From the NCBI GenBank assembly GCA_965249725.1, contig OZ252251.1:128001-192000 (forward strand): a stretch of 64,000 nucleotides of DNA, in the 5' to 3' direction. Every line of letters begins with the position of its first letter. The first letter of the stretch is position 1. The stretch is from Longimicrobiales bacterium (GTDB taxonomy: Bacteria; Gemmatimonadota; Gemmatimonadetes; Longimicrobiales; Gaopeijiaceae). Both the position numbers and the translations under genes were made by a program. This document shows, piece after piece, positions 10,135 to 18,464 of the stretch. The notes under the pieces were generated by a model. It saw only the letters and a list, made by a program, of their open reading frames with translations, searched no databases and was not told the DNA's origin.

Positions 10135-10626
10135 ATGCCCACAACCATCACCGACAAGAGCATCGCCCGAGACGCGGCGGCTCTCTCGCAGGCCTTCTCC
10201 GAGCTCATCCGCCTGGTGCAGTTTCGCGACCGCGATCGGGCGTGCTGCTACGGGCTCACGGTGAGTCAGTGCTATGGACTCAAGGCGGTGTGTGAGACAG
10301 GACCGCTCAGCGTGAATGAACTCGCCGGCGCGCTCTACTTGGAGAAGAGTACGGCAAGTCGCCTCGCGAGCGGACTGGAGGCGGCAGGCCTGGCGGTTCG
10401 TTCCCCCGATCCGGAAGACCGACGTTCCATTCGCCTCGCCGCGACTCCGGCAGGCCGACGCGCCCACGCCGGCATCGAGGCCGATCTTCGGAGAGAGTAC
10501 GCCACCCTACTGGAGGACTTCGAGCCCGAGGTCCGGTCTGCGATGACCGAGCTGCTGGGCCGCTTGACTCGAGCAGTCGGTAGCCGAGTTGAGGCCGAGG
10601 GAGGCAGCTGCTGTGTGGTCCGCTGA
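10135..10626 (+). CDS. Cys-rich MarR family regulator, likely arsenic-responsive
   Basis: MarR winged helix (LSVNELA...KSTASR...DPEDRRS); CCYGLTVSQC and C-terminal CC; lies upstream of arsM. Confidence 0.85.
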   Translation: MPTTITDKSIARDAAALSQAFSELIRLVQFRDRDRACCYGLTVSQCYGLKAVCETGPLSVNELAGALYLEKSTASRLASGLEAAGLAVRSPDPEDRRSIRLAATPAGRRAHAGIEADLRREYATLLEDFEPEVRSAMTELLGRLTRAVGSRVEAEGGSCCVVR

Positions 10627-10669
10627 CCGCTCGAATCACGATCTCGACTTCCCTTTTTTTCGATCAACA

Positions 10670-10686
10670 GTTGCATGTACCAACTA
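10670..10686. promoter_or_regulatory. Putative MarR operator 2, adjacent to the arsM RBS
   Basis: GTTG-CATGTAC-CAACTA, the same GTTG-N7-CAACTA frame as operator 1. Confidence 0.6.
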
Positions 10687-10698
10687 AAAGGAGTGACC

Positions 10699-11517
10699 AT
10701 GGAATACGACACCATCCGCGAAGCCGTTCGCGATCGATACGCCACAATTGCCGTCGACGGGAGTTCCTGTTGCGGGCCCTCCTGCTGCTGTTCGGAGGAG
10801 GAGCCTTCCGTCTCGACGGCGGTGGGCTACGACGAGGGCCAGCTCAAGAGCGTCCCTGAGGGCGCCGACCTGGGCCTCGGCTCCGGGAACCCCGTAACAG
10901 CGGCGAATCTCCAGGAAGGCGAGACCGTGCTCGACCTCGGTTCCGGAGGCGGGATCGACTGCTTCCTGGCCGCCGAGCAAGTCGGTCCGACGGGGCAGGT
11001 CATCGGCGTCGACATGACGTCCGAGATGGTCGCCCGAGCGCGCGGGAACGCCAAGAAGGGCAGCTACCCCAACGTCGACTTCCGACTGGGAGAGATCGAG
11101 GCACTGCCGGTGGCCGACGCCACTGTCGACGTCATCATCTCGAACTGCGTCATCAACCTGTCACCCGAACGCGACCGGGTGCTCGGTGAGGCGCTGAGGG
11201 TTCTGAAGCCGGGCGGCCGGTTGGTGATCTCCGATCTGGTGTGTAGCGCGCCCGTCCCCCGAGCACTGCGCGAAGAAGCGGAGGCGGTCACGGCCTGCTT
11301 GCCGGTCGAGGAGCACGCGTATGTCGCGGACCTGGAGGCGGCGGGATTCAGGGACGCGCGCATTTCCAATGCACGGCCGTACCCGCGCGAGGCCATGTCC
11401 TCTGATCCCCTCGCTCAGAAACTCCTAGAGGAGCGTCCCGAAATCGCGGACTCCCTCGAGGACTTCGCGTCGTCCGTGCAGGGCGCGATCATCGAGGCGC
11501 GTAAGCCGCTCGCATAA
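10699..11517 (+). CDS. arsM: Arsenite S-adenosylmethionine methyltransferase
   Basis: VLDLGSGGGIDC, GVDMT, SNCVINL; N-terminal SCC...CCC; AAGGAG RBS. Confidence 0.88.
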   Translation: MEYDTIREAVRDRYATIAVDGSSCCGPSCCCSEEEPSVSTAVGYDEGQLKSVPEGADLGLGSGNPVTAANLQEGETVLDLGSGGGIDCFLAAEQVGPTGQVIGVDMTSEMVARARGNAKKGSYPNVDFRLGEIEALPVADATVDVIISNCVINLSPERDRVLGEALRVLKPGGRLVISDLVCSAPVPRALREEAEAVTACLPVEEHAYVADLEAAGFRDARISNARPYPREAMSSDPLAQKLLEERPEIADSLEDFASSVQGAIIEARKPLA

Positions 11518-11550
11518 GTAACATCGGCAAGGCTCGCCAGCGTTGCGGTG

Positions 11551-11580
11551 GGGCCCCGACTCGGATCCGGGTCGGGGCCC
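11551..11580. terminator. GC-rich hairpin between convergent genes
   Basis: GGGCCCCGACTCGG-AT-CCGGGTCGGGGCCC. Confidence 0.7.
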
Positions 11581-11598
11581 GCCGTATGCTGAGGATTC

Positions 11599-11961
11599 CT
11601 AGATCCACTCCGGCTCGGCTACGGTGCGTTCACCTGCCGCAGTACCGGTATTGACGGTGGACTTGGGCTCGAACATGAGGAGATGGGCCTCTTCGCGGGC
11701 CACCGGTCGGTGCTCGACTCCACGCGGCACGACCAGAATCTCACCGGGCCCCAACGTGATCGGGGGGTGGCCGCGGAGTTCCATCGACAACTCACCCTCG
11801 ATCACCATGAACAGTTCGTCTTCGTCATCATGGGCGTGCCAAACGAATTCGCCCTCGACCTTGGCGATCTTGACGTGCATGTCCTCGACCTGAGCCACGA
11901 TCTTGGGCGTCCACTGCTCACTGAAGAGCGCGAACTTCTCCAGCAGGTTTACCTTCTCCAT
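11599..11961 (-). CDS. Cupin domain protein
   Basis: GEFVWHAHDDEDELF and VPRGVEHRP. Confidence 0.9.
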   Translation of the reverse strand: MEKVNLLEKFALFSEQWTPKIVAQVEDMHVKIAKVEGEFVWHAHDDEDELFMVIEGELSMELRGHPPITLGPGEILVVPRGVEHRPVAREEAHLLMFEPKSTVNTGTAAGERTVAEPEWI

Positions 11962-12007
11962 CTTCGGCCTCCCTTGTTCCGTGACCGCATGCGGCTCGTT
12001 GCGGGAT

Positions 12008-12829
12008 TCATCGGTCGTTCTCCTTCATACGAGCTTCTCCCGGGCGAGCTCCCAGGTCCGGAGACGCGCCGGACCCTGTCTCCAGGTCGGTAGAACCGAG
12101 ATAGCGAAGGAATACGATCGCCAACTCCGACGCCAATTCGTCATCCTCGATGCCGTCCTCCCGAGCTCCCCAGGTGAAGATGTATCGACTTCTGAGGGTG
12201 GCGAAGACCTGCAACGTGGCCAGGCGCACCGCCTGCTCCGGATCGGCATGGCCCAGCTCCTCCCGGCGCTCGAGCAGTAGCTCGATGAGATAGTCGGCCA
12301 CGAGATTGTCGAGTCCGGCCGTCCGTTCCAGCAGGAGAGGGTCGGGGTGCTCCATGGCATACGCCAGGAAGGCCCGGAGCAGCGAGCTGTGGGCCCGGCT
12401 CCAGAGTACCACAATGCGGGCGAACTGCGTGACGATCTCCCGAACGCCCGCAGCCGACCAGCGCCCGGGGGCCAACACCGCCTCCCAACCGTCTTGGGCA
12501 TCGTCCCAGAACCGTGTGGCCAAATACGCCAGAAGCGCGTCGCGGCTGTCGAAGCGCGCGTAGAACGTGCCGGCGCCGACGCCGGAGCGGGACAGGATCT
12601 GCTGAACCGTCGTCGCTTCTAGCCCCTCCTCGGCGATCAGGTCCGTTGCGGACGCCACCATCCGATCGAATGACGCGCGGCTCCTCGCTTGCTGTGGGAG
12701 ACGTACACCCAAGAGCAACGATCCTTGCGGCGTCTCACCTCCCAGTCCCGGGGGGACACCGCGCGGCGGTGACGGCAACGGTGACGGCAACGGTGGCCGC
12801 AACGGTGGCCGAAACGGTGGATGATTCAT
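12008..12829 (-). CDS. TetR/AcrR family regulator
   Basis: PQQARSR...GLEATTVQQI...GTFYARFDSRD HTH; start uncertain. Confidence 0.85.
   Translation of the reverse strand: MNHPPFRPPLRPPLPSPLPSPPRGVPPGLGGETPQGSLLLGVRLPQQARSRASFDRMVASATDLIAEEGLEATTVQQILSRSGVGAGTFYARFDSRDALLAYLATRFWDDAQDGWEAVLAPGRWSAAGVREIVTQFARIVVLWSRAHSSLLRAFLAYAMEHPDPLLLERTAGLDNLVADYLIELLLERREELGHADPEQAVRLATLQVFATLRSRYIFTWGAREDGIEDDELASELAIVFLRYLGSTDLETGSGASPDLGARPGEARMKENDR
12767..12820. repeat. 12-bp tandem repeat x4.5
   Basis: cggtgacggcaa / cggtggccgcaa units. Confidence 0.85.
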
Positions 12830-12869
12830 GACACAGGCACACCTGGGTCAGATCAATTCACAACATTAA

Positions 12870-12887
12870 TTTGAATTCAAATTCAAA
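12870..12887. promoter_or_regulatory. AT-rich inverted repeat, candidate TetR operator
   Basis: TTTGAAT-TCAA-ATTCAAA in the AT-rich gap between the two TetR genes. Confidence 0.5.
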
Positions 12888-12919
12888 GAAATAGATCGGA
12901 CGTAGGAAATGCAAGGGTT

Positions 12920-13564
12920 TTATCCCCAGATATCGAAGAACTCGACATCCTCGTCGGAGGCCTGCACGGGGAGGTGCTCGCCCGTCAGATGCTGAATCAG
13001 GGCCGCGCACAGGTCGGCCATGACCTCCGGATCCAGGGAGAGGGCGCAGGCCTCCAGGCTCCGGCACGCGGTCTCGACGGCAAGGTCGGGCTCGGAGTGA
13101 GTGATCGCGCCGGTTCGGTCCAAGAGTAGGCGGCGGGAATCCCCCAGGATCTTGGTCTTGAATCGCACGGCGGCTTCCGAGGGACCCGCTCCGGGCCCGC
13201 GAACGGCCTGGGCGAGGGAATGGCGCGCCGCGCGGTGCATCAGCTCCAGCTCTCCATAGAGCTTGGCGAGGCCCGTGACAACGTCCGGAATGGCACGATC
13301 GCCCCAACCGTCGCCGATCGCCTCGTTCCAGCGCTCCTCGGCCTCCTCCCAGATGCGCTCGTCCAGATAGACGAGAAGATCGTCCTTTCCGTCGAATCGG
13401 GCATAGAAGGAGCCCACGGAGGAGCCGGCATGGTGGACGATGGCGTTGACGGTGGTGCCGTCCACTCCCTTGTCGGCGATCAACTCGAGGGCGGCCCGGG
13501 TAATGCGCTGAAGCGTCTGACGGCTCCGGCTCTGCTTGGGCTGTCGTAGGTGTGCGTCGCTCAT
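12920..13564 (-). CDS. TetR/AcrR family regulator
   Basis: PKQSRSR...GVDGTTVNAI...GSFYARFDGKD HTH. Confidence 0.85.
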   Translation of the reverse strand: MSDAHLRQPKQSRSRQTLQRITRAALELIADKGVDGTTVNAIVHHAGSSVGSFYARFDGKDDLLVYLDERIWEEAEERWNEAIGDGWGDRAIPDVVTGLAKLYGELELMHRAARHSLAQAVRGPGAGPSEAAVRFKTKILGDSRRLLLDRTGAITHSEPDLAVETACRSLEACALSLDPEVMADLCAALIQHLTGEHLPVQASDEDVEFFDIWG

Positions 13565-13698
13565 CACCGGCTTCGTCAAAATAGTACGGTGATTCTAAAT
13601 ACGACGATAATGACCGGTTCGCAACAGAAATCGGTTGCCCGGAGGCTCGAAGCAAGGCACTATTCAAGGCAGAAGAACACCGAAGGAGGAGCGCTGAA

Positions 13699-13992
13699 AT
13701 GGCAACACAAGACCCTCTGCAAGAGATCCCCGGGGTGGGGCCCTCCATGAGCGCCTGCCTCCGGGGACTCGGAATCGAACAGATCTCCGATCTGGTCGGA
13801 TGTGATCCCGTTCAACTCTACGAGCGACAGTGCGTGATCGAGGGCGGATACGTAGACCGTTGTGTACTCTATTCCTTCCGCTGCGCGATCTACTACGCCA
13901 CCGAGGAGCGTCCCGACCCCACGTTGCTCGTCTGGTGGAACTGGAAGGACCGTACCGAGCTGGATGGAAAGGGAGCCGCCGGTCGTAGCTAG
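13699..13992 (+). CDS. Helix-hairpin-helix protein (Cdd1/pathogenicity-locus type)
   Basis: IPGVGPS HhH, DRCVLY, WWNWKD; AGGAGG RBS. Confidence 0.8.
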   Translation: MATQDPLQEIPGVGPSMSACLRGLGIEQISDLVGCDPVQLYERQCVIEGGYVDRCVLYSFRCAIYYATEERPDPTLLVWWNWKDRTELDGKGAAGRS

Positions 13993-14671
13993 GGATATCG
14001 CGTCCCTTTCGCACTCCAGGATCAGTCCATTGCCGAAACCGAACGAGGGCATCGAGCGGGAGCTGGATCGACGGCAAGCCTTTCGGGTGGCCGCCGAGAC
14101 GCTCGGCGCGACGTTCCTGCCCGGCAAGCGGACCTCCCAGGACGAGGTCCACCTCAAGCACGGCCCCTGGCAGCTGACCCTCGACACCTACACCCAGAGC
14201 AACGGCCAGACTTCGGTTACCTACACTCGAGCGCGGGCCTTCTACGTTGCCAAGGAGGACTTCACATTCCGCGTCTCTCGAAGGAACATCTTCACCCGGA
14301 TCGTCGAGATGTTCGGCTTCTACGGCCTCCTCGTAGGAGACCAGGAGCTCGAACGGAAGTACACGATCAAGAGTTCGAGCGCTCCTCGGGGAAGATCTCT
14401 GCTAACGGATCGAAAGCTGCGTGAGCTGATCATGGTACAGCCGTCGCTAAGGCTCGAGATCCGTCGACTGTCCTGGGCCAAACGGAGGAAGAGAGGGGAG
14501 GGGGTCCGAACGGTGACGGTCCGGACGACAGGTGTGATCAAAGAACCGGAGCGGCTGGCCAACTACATGCGGTTGGTGGCCAATGCATTGGAGCAACTGG
14601 TGAGGATCGGCGCCGCGCACGAGCTACCCGCCGCCGAGGATCGGGTCTACGCTCTCCCTCGACACATCTAG
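13964..14671 (+). CDS. Hypothetical protein
   Basis: Long ORF with genome-typical codon usage; start uncertain. Confidence 0.6.
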   Translation: MEREPPVVARDIASLSHSRISPLPKPNEGIERELDRRQAFRVAAETLGATFLPGKRTSQDEVHLKHGPWQLTLDTYTQSNGQTSVTYTRARAFYVAKEDFTFRVSRRNIFTRIVEMFGFYGLLVGDQELERKYTIKSSSAPRGRSLLTDRKLRELIMVQPSLRLEIRRLSWAKRRKRGEGVRTVTVRTTGVIKEPERLANYMRLVANALEQLVRIGAAHELPAAEDRVYALPRHI

Positions 14672-14785
14672 GCCTCTGGGGGTAGCGGTGCCGGTCGCTC
14701 GCACCAAGCCGAGGGATCCGGAAGGCCTCGGTTGCGTACCAAGGGCGTTCAGAGATTCTCACCCAAGAAAAGAGCCCAAGCACCG

Positions 14786-16163
14786 ATGACTTCGACACGC
14801 TCAACTCTCACGGGACGCGCGGCACTGATCTTCGCGTTCACCGCGATGCTCCCCGCCGGATCCGCAAGCGCCCAGCAGCCCCTCGGTGCCTCCCCCGTGG
14901 TGGACGACCTCCCGGGCATGGGCCGCGCCGTCGACCTGGTGGAGACACGCGCCCGGAGAGAGGCGCTCGTCGCTCGTACCGGTGCGGGCGTGATCGCCAT
15001 TCCAGCGGGGCGGAGCCGCGACCTCGAGTTGGAGGTGCTGCAGGACAACAACTTCAGGCAGGACGACTACTTCTTCTACCTCACTGGCCTCGAGTCGCCC
15101 GACGCCTGGCTCGTCATGCCCGTTGAGCCGTCGGGTGCCGCCCAGAGCCATCTCTTTCTGCCCGACCGAGATCCGGCCACCGAACAGTGGACCGGCAAGA
15201 AGCTCGGTCCCGGGGATCGGGCCAAGGAACTGGCCGGCGTGCTTCACGTCCACTCCCTGAGTGATCTCGACGCCGAACTGCAGCGGATGCGCCGGGCCAC
15301 GCCGGGGCCGCTCTTCACCACACTCTATGCCGCGAACGCCGAAAACGAGCGGATCGAGGGCTGGGTCGAGTCGGCCGTCGGAATCGATCTGCGCAACGCG
15401 GTGCCGATCCTCGACAGCCTGCGCCTGATCAAAGACGAAGCGGAGCTACGAAGGCTGCGCAGTGCGATCGACATCACGAGCGAGGCGCAGCGCAGGGCCA
15501 TGCAGTCGATCACATCAGGCATGTACGAGTACGAGATCGAAGCTCTGATCGAGCACACGTTCCGGTCGAACGGGGCGGACCGCCTGGGCTTTCCGTCAAT
15601 CATCGGGAGTGGTCCCAACAGCACCACGCTCCACTACGACACCAACCGCCGACAGACCCAGCCCGGTGACCTCGTGGTACTCGACATCGGCGCGGAGTAC
15701 GGGCAGTACTCGGCCGACGTCACCAGAACCGTTCCAGTCGACGGGCGCTACACCGAGCGACAGCGTTCCATCTACGAGCTGGTCCTCGGGGCTCAGCAGG
15801 CGGCCATCGACGCCACACGCCCGGGCGTCACGATCGGTGAACTGTCTGCGCTCGCGCGAGAGTACTATCGATGCCCATAGCGGTGATCTGTGTGGTGGAC
15901 CGTCCTGCAACCGCTATTACATCCACGGCCTGTCTCACTGGCTCGGCATGAGGGTGCACGACGTCGGGGACTACACCGTTCCGCTGGCGGAGGGGATGGT
16001 CTTCACGATCGAGCCGGGGATCTACATCGAGGACGAGCAGATAGGCGTTCGCATCGAGGACGACATTCTCGTGACGGCCACGGGTGCGGAGGTGCTGTCG
16101 GCCGGTGCGCCTCGAGGCGTCGAGGAGATCGAGGCGCTGATGAGCAGGCCGCTGTTGCCTTGA
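14786..16163 (+). pseudogene. Secreted Xaa-Pro aminopeptidase (M24B), frameshifted at ~15866
   Basis: FRQDDYFFYLTG, LHY, DIGAE, ADVTRT, then [20 protein letters not shown] and RIEDD in another frame; extra T in TAC-T-ATC. May be a sequencing error. Confidence 0.85.
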
Positions 16164-16211
16164 ACTCTGCCGGCCGACTGAAAGCCTGACCCCGAGACCG
16201 AGGATGATGCG

Positions 16212-16736
16212 ATGAGTGACCCCAGATACCCCATCGGACCGTTCCAACCAGCGGGGGCCCTGACCCCAGAGGAGAGGACGGCCCATCTGCTGCACATCGA
16301 GGAGGCGCCGGCCAGGCTACGGCTGGCCGTAGAGGGGCTGAACGACGCCCAGCTCGACACGCCCTACCGTGAGGGCGGGTGGACCGTCCGTCAGGTGGTG
16401 CATCACGTGGTGGACAGCCACATCAACGCCTACATGCGTCTGCGCTGGGCCCTCACCGAGGACGGACCCACGGTCAAGCCGTACGACGAGAAGGACTGGG
16501 CCCGACTTCCCGATGCACTATCGGCGCCGGTCGAGGTCTCACTTGACATTCTGGACTCACTGCACGGGCGATGGCTGTTACTGTGGCGGGCGATGGAGGC
16601 CTCGGACTTCTCGAGAACCTGGAAGGGGCCCGACTTCGACCACCTACCCGTGGACGAGCTGCTGAGGCTCTACTCCTGGCACGGACGTCACCACGTGGCG
16701 CACATCACTTCGCTGAGGGAGGGGATGGGTTGGTAG
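16212..16736 (+). CDS. YfiT/BstA-like DinB-family thiol transferase
   Basis: RYPIG, YREGGWTVRQVVHH, WHGRHH. Confidence 0.88.
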   Translation: MSDPRYPIGPFQPAGALTPEERTAHLLHIEEAPARLRLAVEGLNDAQLDTPYREGGWTVRQVVHHVVDSHINAYMRLRWALTEDGPTVKPYDEKDWARLPDALSAPVEVSLDILDSLHGRWLLLWRAMEASDFSRTWKGPDFDHLPVDELLRLYSWHGRHHVAHITSLREGMGW

Positions 16737-16806
16737 GGGGGTCGCTCGTGGGGCTTTCGCGGAACACCGCCTCTTCCTCGATCGACTTGCCCCTTCCTGC
16801 GAGCTG

Positions 16807-18216
16807 CTAGAAGGCCCCTGGAACACGCACCCCATGGGGTCTGGCATACACTTTTCTTGGCAATAGCCGGGGCGGGCTAGGGATGTCCACCAGCGTGTCC
16901 GCGGAAGCAACCTGCTCCCGACCAACGGCAGCCGCATGGTCCTCCAGCAAGGAGGACCGAGTGACGACCGCTACGATCGATTGGTCAAATTGCACCCCCG
17001 CAAACTCGGCTAGCTGTTCTCGCACCATGGGAATCGACAATGCCTTCCGATACGACCGGTCCGAGAGCATCGCGTCGATAGCATCCGAGACCTTGATGAT
17101 GCGCCCACCGATGGGGATTCGATCACCGGAAACGCCGTCGGGGTAGCCTTGGCCATCGACACGCTCGTGATGGTGTCTCACCGCGCCCAAGACCTCCTCT
17201 GGGAACGACGAAAAGGACTCGAGCAATTCAACACCGCGTGCGACGTGTGACTCGATAACAGCCCGTTCGGCTGGGGTGAGAGCCCCTGTCTTCTTCAGGA
17301 TCTCATTGTAGATCAAGTCGATCTTGCCGATGTCGTGAAGTAGTGCAGCCGTCTCAATGAGCTTCACTCGACCGGGAGAAAGCGTCAAATCCTCGGCAAT
17401 GCGCCTGGAGAGATCTGCCACCCTCTGCGAGTGCCCGGATGTATAAGGATCGCGTACCTCAATCGCCTTCACTAATGCCTTGAGAAGATTCGTGTTGGCT
17501 TCCTGCAGTTGGAAAGTGGTCAGGTAACCCCGGCGAATGAACAAGAGCGGCAGGAGGACCAGCAGGAAGCCCGGGACCCCGTAGTCGACATAGAGGAATG
17601 CGATCAAGAGGGACATCGGACTAACGAGCAAATCATACAGGAGATTGGTTCCGGACTTCCCAACCAGCAGTCTCCAAGCCTTCCTAAACGGAATCCCCTG
17701 GCTAACAGCGATCGCGCCCGAGACCGAGCCCTGATTGATCAGCAGAAACGCAAAACCGAAAGCGATCAAGGGTCCGAACTGGAAGGTGAACCCCTCACCC
17801 GCGAGTTCGGGAGCCTGCGGTAGTCCCCCAACCTGACTAAACACAAAGCCAGCAAGAACGGTTGAAAGAGTGAACTGACCAATGTTGAAGACGGTCTTGA
17901 TTGGCTCGGTTCGCCGGATGATCAGTTCACCGAACACGCCCGTGGTCACATGGAGTGCCAGGGCCGGCACCGGCCCAAACAGGAGCACGCATGCCAGGAG
18001 CGGAAGGAAGGTAATTGAAGAACTACCCGAATTCCCCCCGACCTTGATAGTAAGAGAGAGCGACTCCGACAGCAGCCCAAGAGTTATGAGCGCCAGAAGT
18101 CCCAACCACGCTTCCGGTGGAAGCGTGGTAAGAGAACTCCAGTCTGCCAACGGCAGTGCGCACAGGGATAGGACAACCACTACCCCGACGTACACGCGTA
18201 TGGGTCCTGTGTCCAT
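16807..18216 (-). CDS. Multi-TM membrane HD-GYP cyclic-dinucleotide phosphodiesterase
   Basis: About seven N-terminal TM segments; RDPYTSGHS, LLHDIGK, HHERVDGQGYPDG, DAIDAM. Confidence 0.9.
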   Translation of the reverse strand: MDTGPIRVYVGVVVVLSLCALPLADWSSLTTLPPEAWLGLLALITLGLLSESLSLTIKVGGNSGSSSITFLPLLACVLLFGPVPALALHVTTGVFGELIIRRTEPIKTVFNIGQFTLSTVLAGFVFSQVGGLPQAPELAGEGFTFQFGPLIAFGFAFLLINQGSVSGAIAVSQGIPFRKAWRLLVGKSGTNLLYDLLVSPMSLLIAFLYVDYGVPGFLLVLLPLLFIRRGYLTTFQLQEANTNLLKALVKAIEVRDPYTSGHSQRVADLSRRIAEDLTLSPGRVKLIETAALLHDIGKIDLIYNEILKKTGALTPAERAVIESHVARGVELLESFSSFPEEVLGAVRHHHERVDGQGYPDGVSGDRIPIGGRIIKVSDAIDAMLSDRSYRKALSIPMVREQLAEFAGVQFDQSIVAVVTRSSLLEDHAAAVGREQVASADTLVDIPSPPRLLPRKVYARPHGVRVPGAF

Positions 18217-18243
18217 TCACAAGACCCCCCTCGACCATACCGT

Positions 18244-18330
18244 TTACCAACCAGCAATCCCGCTGTTGATCAACGCCATCACCGTACCGAAAAAATCGAA
18301 CAGAGAGTCAAACAAGCCAACGACGAGCAC
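18244..18330 (-). CDS. Unannotated 28-aa hydrophobic peptide MLVVGLFDSLFDFFGTVMALINSGIAGW
   Basis: GTG start preceded by AAAGGAGGTGA (18336-18346); stop 27 nt before the HD-GYP ATG. Confidence 0.65.
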   Translation of the reverse strand: MLVVGLFDSLFDFFGTVMALINSGIAGW

Positions 18331-18464
18331 ATGCGTCACCTCCTTTCAGGGTGGTGTCAGCTTCCTCCGCTCAGGAAGCCGCAGCGCTCCGCTCTTGCCT
18401 CTCCGCTTCGCTCTTGGCCGGTCGAGGGGGTCTCCCTTTTGTGTTGTTCCGCTCCGGGTCCGCT
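18331..18464 (-). promoter_or_regulatory. Structured purine-rich intercistronic leader with five AGCGGA repeats and an anti-RBS segment
   Basis: AGCGGA x5; hairpin GGCTTCCT-GAGCGG-AGGAAGCT; AGACCCCCTCGACC is complementary to the HD-GYP RBS region. Confidence 0.6.

Noticed and set aside
5790..15870. Programmed ribosomal frameshifting at the three frameshift sites
   Set aside because: No slippery heptamer or stimulatory structure seen; mutation or sequencing error is simpler
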